Virus record (IMG/VR): IMGVR_UViG_3300012348_000015
Location: 1 to 31,757 of that record
Reading direction: 5' to 3' (one strand)
Origin: a virus
Taxonomy: Duplodnaviria; Caudoviricetes
Length of the DNA stretch: 31,757 nucleotides
The notes below the pieces were generated by a model. The model saw nothing but the letters and a program-made list of their open reading frames with translations, did no database searches and was not told the origin of the DNA. The position numbers were made by a program, and so were the translations under genes. Below, in pieces: positions 24,611-31,757 of this stretch (its first letter is position 1; every line of letters starts with the position of its first letter).

Positions 24611-26766
24611 TAGCTTGCGTATGTTAATTCAATTACTCTTAATAGTTCTACTTTAGTCGTTTGTAGTATGGTTGGGTTAAAATCAATAATCTTATTTAAG
24701 CGCCATAAAGCTCCATTAATATAAATTAACCTAGCAAAATTTAGCGAATAAATATCTTCGATTGTCAAGTATAAATAGCAAGTAAGAAGCTTACTATCCT
24801 TCGCAGTAATCTCAGCTATATAATCTCCCCAGAACGCAGTAAATAAGTTAGTAGTTGGATATTGATTTAATAGCGAGAAATATACCTGATTTGGAACTCC
24901 AAAATTTAAATCGTTTGTAGGAATTTCTGGATTATCTAAATGCCCAGCATAACCGTATGTAGTACCAGTATGTAAGTTACCAGTAGAATCATTAGTCGCA
25001 TTTTTAATTTTCCAAGAATCAACCCCTTCAATGTAAGCAAATTGCATAATGCGGATATTATGATCAGTAGAAACTTCAGCAGTTCCGTTCTTTTTAAATA
25101 TAGAAGCGCATAGTTTATCATCTCCTCCTCTTCCTACTAAAACTGAAGGGGAAAATATTACTTCTACATTTTGACTATCATCTGCAAATTGATATTTGCT
25201 ATCTTCTCTGCGATCTGCATAAGTTTGATTATATTTCTTGAAATATGCTTCATTGTAATAATCATCATCTTCCTTATACTTAAACTCAAAGTATCTAGCG
25301 TTCATTTCGCTCATTGGAGTAATTACTACCTCTTTGCTATAATCTACTTTATTTGACCAATCTACGGAGTCAGCAGTAGGATCAGAAAGCAAAAGCAATC
25401 CAGTAGCATCTCCCGATTCTCCATGCAAAAGCAATTCTCCTAAATCATTAATTTTTAAGAATCCAGCACCAGTTAAATAAAACTCAATGTATGGTTCAAT
25501 TAATAAATGCTTATCAATATCTGTATCTTCAAATACATAAAGATTAAATAATCTACAAATTGAAGCAAAGAAATCCTTTTGCTGAATACCTTTAGGTAAA
25601 AGATTCTTCATGCTTAACAAATCATCCTTATGAGCTGGCGCTGCTTGCGGATAATCAGCAACAAAGCTGAAAGTCATATTAGTTACTACGCTTGCGTATT
25701 CTTCTGAAGCATCAAAAGTAACTTGAATTGCTATTACATCATTAGCATCTAAAACTGAATCTATTAACCAATCAATTTGATAAACTTGATTATCAACTGA
25801 AGGATTAAATGTTTCACTATAAATCTCAGTCGCTCCTTGATATACTGCAATTGTAAACGTACCTGATTTTGTCAAATATACTTCAGCTAATACTCTAAAT
25901 TTACCAAGCGTTCCATTGCTTCCAGTAAATGTAAAAGTCTGATTATTAGTAGTTGTAAATAAAGTTAAATTAGAAAGAGTCGCAAATTCAATATATTCAG
26001 CAGTCGTAGTGATTGTATTTGAATTATATACCTCTAATAAATCTCTTCGTAATTGCTCAAGAACTGCCTTGTTGTTAGGAATGATTAAGCTCTTAAAATA
26101 TGGAGTTTCAATAAATGCAGATTCATAAGTATAACCTGAATTTTTGATTATTGAATCTATTATTTCATAGACATGAAACGCTGGCCTAAAAGCATCTAAA
26201 TGATATTCATTACCATCTACCTTACAATTTCCGTAATCAATTAAAGGATAAACTATTCCTATTCCTGAAGCTACTGCACCACTTGGCGCCCAAGAAGCTA
26301 CAATATTTTCAGCAGTCCAGTTCTCATCATAGTCATTGAAGTTATCCATATCTTCAATCAGACTATTACCAATTGCAGAAGCAAAGCCACCAAGTTCTCC
26401 AAATACTACGCACTCGTATTCAATTGCTCCGTTTGCTATTCGCACTTCCATAAGGCGAAGAACGCCTTTGAAAACTTGTATTTTATTTACAAATATTTTG
26501 CAATTTGCTTGTTTAGTCGGATCAAAATTATAGCCAACATTTGGAACATTTGGATTGCTGATACCGTAATTATTAGCAGAAGCAAAATTATAAATGTGGC
26601 CAAATACCTTATTGTTGTTTGCGTTACCAGGTAAAGTAATTGTTTTAGAATAGTTAGTATTCCTAGCAGAGAAGTCTTTAATATCATCTATCGCATAGTT
26701 TAATTCCGCACCTATATCCTCAAATAAATCAAGTCTTGAACCTTCTACTAAAATTTCGCTTACCAT
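24610..26766 (-). CDS. Tail tip / baseplate hub-like structural protein
   Basis: LDL...L...I.DI.D...R...YSKTITLPG..NNN..F N-terminus, YPLIDYG, RLNKIIDFNP; adjacent to TMP. Confidence 0.7.
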   Translation of the reverse strand: MVSEILVEGSRLDLFEDIGAELNYAIDDIKDFSARNTNYSKTITLPGNANNNKVFGHIYNFASANNYGISNPNVPNVGYNFDPTKQANCKIFVNKIQVFKGVLRLMEVRIANGAIEYECVVFGELGGFASAIGNSLIEDMDNFNDYDENWTAENIVASWAPSGAVASGIGIVYPLIDYGNCKVDGNEYHLDAFRPAFHVYEIIDSIIKNSGYTYESAFIETPYFKSLIIPNNKAVLEQLRRDLLEVYNSNTITTTAEYIEFATLSNLTLFTTTNNQTFTFTGSNGTLGKFRVLAEVYLTKSGTFTIAVYQGATEIYSETFNPSVDNQVYQIDWLIDSVLDANDVIAIQVTFDASEEYASVVTNMTFSFVADYPQAAPAHKDDLLSMKNLLPKGIQQKDFFASICRLFNLYVFEDTDIDKHLLIEPYIEFYLTGAGFLKINDLGELLLHGESGDATGLLLLSDPTADSVDWSNKVDYSKEVVITPMSEMNARYFEFKYKEDDDYYNEAYFKKYNQTYADRREDSKYQFADDSQNVEVIFSPSVLVGRGGDDKLCASIFKKNGTAEVSTDHNIRIMQFAYIEGVDSWKIKNATNDSTGNLHTGTTYGYAGHLDNPEIPTNDLNFGVPNQVYFSLLNQYPTTNLFTAFWGDYIAEITAKDSKLLTCYLYLTIEDIYSLNFARLIYINGALWRLNKIIDFNPTILQTTKVELLRVIELTYAS

Positions 26767-27911
26767 TATCTGTATTGGCTTTGTTGATTAATACCTAAAT
26801 CAAATCCTAACTCGTAGTTAAACATCTTATCTGAAGTTACTACCTTAGATTCCCAGCTTGTTTCTTTCATTAAGATAGGATAATAGTTTTCTCCGTTTGC
26901 ATCGTTTACATATAAGTATACTTCATTTGAAGCTAAAAGCTCACTACCTAAATTATAATCCGCTAAGGTTAAATATCCACTAGTTACTTTATAAGAATAA
27001 TCTACCGAAGTAGCAAAAGCAGTAGTGCCTCCAAAGTGAACGCCTCCGCTTGCATAAGCAATCGAAGTACCTACTCTTCTATATTCTAAAGACTTATAGG
27101 TAGTTCTGTCTATCTTCTTTTGTTGGCGTGAAAGTAATCTAAAAGTAAAGCTATCGTATCCTCCGTATTGATTTTGGAAAATAATTTGTACTGGTGTAAA
27201 TCTTGGAGCGCATACTTGCTTGACTACCATTGAATCTCCTCCGATTGTAACTCTCCAAGCATAAGTTGAAGCCGTAATAAAAGTGCTACCTAAGTAAGTA
27301 TTAATTGCAAAAGGAGATAGGTCTAAAATCAAAGCCGTACTTGTACTTATTCCTGATCCAGTAGAAGAACTGCCATCGTTTGAACCATCTTCGTTTAACT
27401 TCTGAATTGTAGCCGTTACATTTGTTGCAGTAACGTTATTGTATGTGATGTAAAACTTCTCGCCAGTAATAACTTCTCCAGCGGTTCTATCTCTTGAAGT
27501 AACGAACTTATTAGCATAAGTAGATATTGAATTTCGGAATGGATCAAGCGAAAAGTTCCATCCTCTATAATTACCCGAAGTTAAACTTGTGTAGGTCGTT
27601 CCGCCATACTCTTCTCCATATAAAACGGTATAGTCGCAGTGTAAAAAATCAGCTGCGTGCTGGAGTAAGTTGTATCCACTTGTTGCAAACCTAGCATCGA
27701 AGTAATTTCTAACGATCGGACTTGCATCGAATACCCCATAGCCTCCTGAGTCTGGGAAGTTCTTAATTGTGGCAATTGTAACTCCACCAATTTGTATATC
27801 AAATACATATTTAAAATTCGTTTGGGTTGAATTGTTCGAGCTTACTACATGCCAAAGGCCGTCATGCCCTGAAATGTAAGAACCTGGACTACTTTGAATT
27901 GTTATTGCCAT
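26766..27911 (-). CDS. Tail structural protein (distal-tail-like)
   Basis: NFKYVFDI, FQNQYGGYDSFTF, LLASNEVY, KMFNY motifs; in tail cluster. Confidence 0.65.
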   Translation of the reverse strand: MAITIQSSPGSYISGHDGLWHVVSSNNSTQTNFKYVFDIQIGGVTIATIKNFPDSGGYGVFDASPIVRNYFDARFATSGYNLLQHAADFLHCDYTVLYGEEYGGTTYTSLTSGNYRGWNFSLDPFRNSISTYANKFVTSRDRTAGEVITGEKFYITYNNVTATNVTATIQKLNEDGSNDGSSSTGSGISTSTALILDLSPFAINTYLGSTFITASTYAWRVTIGGDSMVVKQVCAPRFTPVQIIFQNQYGGYDSFTFRLLSRQQKKIDRTTYKSLEYRRVGTSIAYASGGVHFGGTTAFATSVDYSYKVTSGYLTLADYNLGSELLASNEVYLYVNDANGENYYPILMKETSWESKVVTSDKMFNYELGFDLGINQQSQYR

Positions 27912-27917
27912 TATATT

Positions 27918-28571
27918 CTAAAAATTGTTAGTAATATGTACTATTATATCTTTGCCTAATGCCTTAGATAAATCTCTGTAAAATTCATCATTAAAAGAAT
28001 TTTCTAAAGCATATTCTCTAAATCCAATGGCTTTAAGTCCTTCTCTTTTTATCTTTTTACCAGTAACGTAGGCAATACCTTTTATTTTATTTTCTGCTAT
28101 GCTTCCTAATCTTTTACGTTTTTTTTGAATGTTTCTTAGATTTCTTTTTTGGTCTTCAGATTTAATATAACTTTTATGCCTAGTATACCATTGTATTAAT
28201 CTTTCCAAAAACTCTCCGCCTACTGTATATTTCTCAAACTTGTAAGGACTTAATGCTGGTTGTCCAGAATCTAATCCCCTAACTCCGTAGTTTTGAAATT
28301 TCCAATATTCTTTAGCTTTACTAGTTGAATCATAACCAATATCAATATCCGTAATACTTCCATTTTTAGAAGTTGCAATAATCTTAATATCTTGCATCTC
28401 TCCAGTATCGCCTCCACCTTTTGCATTAATTCTTTGTATTGCTCTTGATATAAATCTATCGGCAACTTTATTAAGTAATGCAGTTGCTGAGTTTAATTCT
28501 ACAACTACATCATATCCATCTTTTGATGATCCTACTAATTCAAGAATATCTAAATTCTTACCGCTTGCCAT
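27918..28571 (-). CDS. Hypothetical basic protein (possible neck/tail completion protein)
   Basis: YWKFQNYGVRG..SPYKF, I.R.G motifs; Lys/Arg-rich. Confidence 0.6.
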   Translation of the reverse strand: MASGKNLDILELVGSSKDGYDVVVELNSATALLNKVADRFISRAIQRINAKGGGDTGEMQDIKIIATSKNGSITDIDIGYDSTSKAKEYWKFQNYGVRGLDSGQPALSPYKFEKYTVGGEFLERLIQWYTRHKSYIKSEDQKRNLRNIQKKRKRLGSIAENKIKGIAYVTGKKIKREGLKAIGFREYALENSFNDEFYRDLSKALGKDIIVHITNNF

Positions 28572-29313
28572 TTGCTTTATTTCTTAATTCTGTTTCGTAA
28601 GAAGTCTTACTTGACAAATAACTTAAATCATTTAAGAAAGATACTGCACTCATTTTATAAACATCATCTAACTTAATCCCTTCATGCTCTGCTACTAATT
28701 TAGCTTGGTATATCCAGCCAAAGTATTTCATAAATTGATTGCTTACCTCTCTTCCGCTATCTTCTTCTTTCTTATTATCTGGATTAAATAAGCCTTTGAA
28801 TCCAGCATCTAAATTTTTAATATTATTAAGCCTTTGCATTACGCTTCCAAATACTATTTCAAATGGAGCAGATAAAATAGCCTCTGCATAATCTTCATGC
28901 TTTATAGGATCAAACTTAGAAAGCTTCCATCCAAATAAAGTAGTCTTCATAGGTATAATCATTGAAGCTGCAATCCTATGCAAGTTATTAGCAAAGTCTG
29001 GAGTAAAGTATTTAATCTCAATGTATCTGCCAGCTTCGGAAAACTTAGCATCGTAATCGCACTTAAACTTTTGCTTTCCAACCTTGATATAATCTACCGC
29101 TCGCATCTTTGGTTCTCTTAAATACAAGAACTCAATATCTCTAATAACTTTCTTTATAGAGCGCTCATTTAATTCAAGAACTTGGCTTCTAGTTTTATTG
29201 ATTAAAATTGCCACCGTATTAATAATCAAATCCTCTTCTTTTAGAGAATCCTTCTTTTCGTTTAGTTGTTGGATTTGTTGCCATTGCCAAACAGTTACAT
29301 CACTCCAAGTCAT
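28558..29313 (-). CDS. Hypothetical protein (possible tail assembly chaperone)
   Basis: WSDVTV.QWQ, G.YIE, LH.IAA, F...FGW...L...LSY; first gene after TerL. Confidence 0.6.
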   Translation of the reverse strand: MTWSDVTVWQWQQIQQLNEKKDSLKEEDLIINTVAILINKTRSQVLELNERSIKKVIRDIEFLYLREPKMRAVDYIKVGKQKFKCDYDAKFSEAGRYIEIKYFTPDFANNLHRIAASMIIPMKTTLFGWKLSKFDPIKHEDYAEAILSAPFEIVFGSVMQRLNNIKNLDAGFKGLFNPDNKKEEDSGREVSNQFMKYFGWIYQAKLVAEHEGIKLDDVYKMSAVSFLNDLSYLSSKTSYETELRNKANGKR

Positions 29314-29350
29314 ATCGTTAATAAATAGCTATTATGAAAAATTGTACCTT
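29314..29350 (-). promoter_or_regulatory. Candidate late promoter AAGG-N17-GCTATTTATTAACGAT
   Basis: Spans the TerL end and the gap before the tail operon; identical 16-mer and spacing to the 19750 site. Confidence 0.72.
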
Positions 29351-30504
29351 CCGCTTCCAGACTTGAAATCAAACTTGCGCCATGCCAAAGCAAGACTGCA
29401 AACACAATCATCGTGGAAACCCGTAGGCGCTGAGTACTTTACTCCGTTTGCACTATACTGGTATTCAAATATTTCAAGCTCCTCTTTAATCATGCCATCT
29501 GGATAATGAATTCTCTCCTGGTGGATTGCTACTTGAAGGCCAAGCATAATCTCTTGCTTGCTTTGGCTTGTAAACTTAAACGCCTCCACATCCAAACCTT
29601 CTCTTTGCAGTTGCTCTACAATCGGATCGCCTACTCCAGTCGCATCTATAATCATTGGAGCTTTAGGTAAGTTACGAATCTTATTTTGTGTGCTTGCCCA
29701 GTCTGATTGAAAGCGTTCAAAATAAGCTACATTCCCAGCGTTGTCAAGGCCGATAATAACAGTCCAGTCATTATACTTAGCTAAGTCAATTCCGTAGCAT
29801 TTAACGGGATTTGTTGACATCGCAGAAACGCATTTTAAAATGGCTTGACTTCCAAATGGATTCGCTGAGTTCTCTGCTGGGTTAGCCATGTACTCTTGCT
29901 CAAATACTACCGTAGGAAGTTCTGCTCTTGCTGCATCTATCTCCGCATCTAAAATATAAGGATTATCGTAGCTTGTATACTTAAAACTTTCCCATTCATC
30001 GTTAGCTTCCATGCCTTTAAGAAAAAGCGAATAGAAGAAATTTTTGCCTTTAGGAGTTGATAGAAAAATAGCCTTACCTTGATAGTCGGTAAGTGTTGGA
30101 CGAATTGAGTTCTGCCAACCTTCTTCTAAGTTAGGAATGAATGAAGCCTCGTCAATAATCGCATAATGGAATTTTAAACCGCGTAGGTTATCTAGCCTTT
30201 CGCCAGTAAAGAATCGAATCGTGCCTCCGCTTATTAGCTTAAACGTTAAATCTGATCTATTGGCAGTTGCTACATTACTTGGAAGTAGTCTAGCTAACTC
30301 GTCAAAGAATACTTTTGCAAGCTGGTAAGTAGGAGTTATGTACGCTACTCTTCCGCCTTTCATCGCTTCGATGCAAGTAATGACCTGGCAGATTAAGGAC
30401 TTTCCCCATCGTCTACCAGACATAAGCACCTTAAACCTTGCCTTAGAGTTTAATACTTTGGCCTGATTAGTGTGCGGCTTGGGAAGTGTTATCTTCGTTT
30501 GCAA
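29332..30504 (-). CDS. terL: Terminase large subunit
   Basis: Walker A SGRRWGKS, LRG, Walker B IIDEA, LSTPKG, QEY, nuclease GIDLAK, DATGVG, HDDCV. Confidence 0.96.
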   Translation of the reverse strand: MQTKITLPKPHTNQAKVLNSKARFKVLMSGRRWGKSLICQVITCIEAMKGGRVAYITPTYQLAKVFFDELARLLPSNVATANRSDLTFKLISGGTIRFFTGERLDNLRGLKFHYAIIDEASFIPNLEEGWQNSIRPTLTDYQGKAIFLSTPKGKNFFYSLFLKGMEANDEWESFKYTSYDNPYILDAEIDAARAELPTVVFEQEYMANPAENSANPFGSQAILKCVSAMSTNPVKCYGIDLAKYNDWTVIIGLDNAGNVAYFERFQSDWASTQNKIRNLPKAPMIIDATGVGDPIVEQLQREGLDVEAFKFTSQSKQEIMLGLQVAIHQERIHYPDGMIKEELEIFEYQYSANGVKYSAPTGFHDDCVCSLALAWRKFDFKSGSGRYNFS

Positions 30505-30895
30505 AGCTTATAATTACTTCTTGTTTCTCCTCGTTCTTCGCTCTGTCTGTCCATCCTAAAAGGTTCTTAGCATAGAATATACCTTTGCCTTCGTTTGCTA
30601 CAACATCCGCTGCTAAAGCTCTAAACATTTCATCTATATGCTTTACTGCTTTGTGCATAGGATGATTGCTATCGTTTAAGATATTGTAATAGCTTGCTCG
30701 CTTGTAAAACTCGAAGTTTTGGCGCGGAAGCCAGATCAATAAAAAATAGTTAATCGTTGGTAAGTGTCGCTCCTTGATCAGCTTAACTCCAGAAGCAGTA
30801 GCTACTTCCTTAGAATGGTTCAAGCAGAAATCTATGTAAATATCTGCCCATTCCAAAAGCTTCTCTTCATCTATGTCTTTCGGTGTTCTTGCCAT
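30467..30895 (-). CDS. terS: Terminase small subunit
   Basis: Directly upstream of and overlapping TerL; PTI..F, GIFYAKNLLGWTD. Confidence 0.8.
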   Translation of the reverse strand: MARTPKDIDEEKLLEWADIYIDFCLNHSKEVATASGVKLIKERHLPTINYFLLIWLPRQNFEFYKRASYYNILNDSNHPMHKAVKHIDEMFRALAADVVANEGKGIFYAKNLLGWTDRAKNEEKQEVIISFANEDNTSQAAH

Positions 30896-31431
30896 TATTT
30901 TTTAATGCCGTAAAAATACAAATCACACATTCCTAAAGTATTTGTTTTAAATTCAAACTCAGAAAAATGCTTTTCAATATCTATCTTTTCACGAATGATT
31001 TTCTCATTCAAATTCATGTAGTAATCGTTTTCTAATTGACTTGTAAAAGGAGAACAAAAAGGAGAAGTTCTTCTCGTTCCATGCTCAGCTCTTCCATCAG
31101 TTGCGCAAGTGAATACAAGCATTCCGCCTTTTCTTAAAAGCGTAATAGCGTTTGCAATTGTCTTATACCAGTATTCATCATGCTCAAAACATTCCGAACT
31201 TATGACTACATCAAATTTCTCTTTGCTTTTAAATTCGTGTCCTCTGCAAACTATATCTACATTAGCGCCTTCTCCAATATCAATACCAGTATAAGTATAA
31301 TCGCTAAATAAATATCTGTTATTGCCATTAATATCTAATGATCCAATATCAAGCACTTTAACTCCAGAGAAATATTCTGGTAGTCTATTTTTAACTGTTG
31401 ACAAGTAGTGTTGTTGTTCGATGTGCGCCAT
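30895..31431 (-). CDS. Class I SAM-dependent methyltransferase (non-DNA type)
   Basis: VLDIGSLDING, YTGIDI..G.NVD, FDVVISSECFEHD, LRKGG; no DNA-MTase PC or DPPY motif. Confidence 0.88.
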   Translation of the reverse strand: MAHIEQQHYLSTVKNRLPEYFSGVKVLDIGSLDINGNNRYLFSDYTYTGIDIGEGANVDIVCRGHEFKSKEKFDVVISSECFEHDEYWYKTIANAITLLRKGGMLVFTCATDGRAEHGTRRTSPFCSPFTSQLENDYYMNLNEKIIREKIDIEKHFSEFEFKTNTLGMCDLYFYGIKK

Positions 31432-31757
31432 TATAATTTATCTATCTGTTCTAATTTTCTTATTGCCCATTCTATTCCTTCCGTTCCGCCCCAAGCATCC
31501 CACATCAAGCCTCCACATCCTTCATCGTAAGGAACATCTTTATATTGCTGATGTCTTTTAAATGAAGCCATTCTTGCAATCGTATCTCTAGTAATATTCT
31601 CGCGCTTTGCTAATTGGCTTGCTCTTGCTTTACCAACTGGAGTACCACAATCTCCCCATCCATTCTTACTCGCATATTCTACCGCTCGCCTAGCGTTATT
31701 AACCGCAGCTTCAGGATAGTCGTTATAGCTATCTACAAATTGACCACTGGCAAGGAT
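31431..31757 (-). CDS. Conserved phage head-associated protein (C-terminal part, 5' end outside window)
   Basis: Manual translation ...SYNDYPEAAVNNARRA...WGDCGTPVGKARASQLA...TIARMASFKRH...CGGLMWDAWGG...WAIRKLEQIDKL*; TAATG overlap with the methyltransferase. Confidence 0.75.
   Translation of the reverse strand: MLASGQFVDSYNDYPEAAVNNARRAVEYASKNGWGDCGTPVGKARASQLAKRENITRDTIARMASFKRHQQYKDVPYDEGCGGLMWDAWGGTEGIEWAIRKLEQIDKL

Larger units (their letters stand above)
1..31757 (-). mobile_element. Tailed dsDNA bacteriophage (siphovirus-like), probable Bacteroidota host
   Basis: Terminase, portal, capsid, protease, tape measure, tail fibre, lysozyme, ERF and RusA on one strand with tight TAATG/ATGA overlaps; no host housekeeping genes; Bacteroidota-type promoter motifs. 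Confidence 0.97.

Noticed and set aside
6054-28465. Nested alternative-frame minus ORFs (6054..6254, 13279..13488, 24936..25121, 26487..26687, 27581..27808, 28271..28465)
   Set aside because: Wholly or largely inside stronger genes, with off-frame composition (Leu/Ile-rich)
28558-29313. Programmed frameshift typical of tail assembly chaperones
   Set aside because: Single uninterrupted ORF; no convincing slippery site with an extending second frame identified
780-31294. All plus-strand ORFs in the track (e.g. 780..980, 10768..11064, 24288..24656, 29198..29506)
   Set aside because: Antisense shadows of well-supported minus-strand genes, mostly non-ATG starts, no recognisable motifs

Overview
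This is a near-complete genome (or large permuted fragment) of a tailed, siphovirus-like phage. The host is most likely Bacteroidota: there are TAnnTTTG-type promoters, A-rich leaders without Shine-Dalgarno sites, an SSB ending in DLPF and a DUF4373-type initiator. Every credible gene is on the minus strand. In transcription order (right to left) the late block runs: conserved phage protein, SAM methyltransferase, TerS, TerL, tail genes, tape measure, XkdF-like prohead protease, scaffold, major capsid, tail tube, portal, free-standing GIY-YIG endonuclease, head-tail proteins, S74-chaperone tail fibre, DUF11/DUF5977 adhesin, lysis cassette, metallophosphoesterase, terminator. The early/middle block follows: ERF recombinase, SSB, replication initiator and loader, a nonsense-interrupted C5 DNA methyltransferase, RusA, DUF3310 and a sigma-like factor. 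It ends with a CxxC gene pair and a truncated glycosyltransferase. The most notable signals are (i) a promoter-driven leader RNA with two hairpins whose loops are perfectly complementary, the second being a terminator, in front of the replication genes; (ii) a repeated bipartite AAGG-N17/18-GCTATTTAT motif, a candidate late promoter for the phage sigma factor; (iii) a membrane-CxxC plus soluble-WCGAC gene pair that could be a redox relay for Cys-bearing virion proteins; (iv) an adhesin with a candidate isopeptide-bond domain. No integrase, repressor, DNA polymerase, tRNA or CRISPR array was recognised. All family calls are from motif recognition by eye, not database searches.
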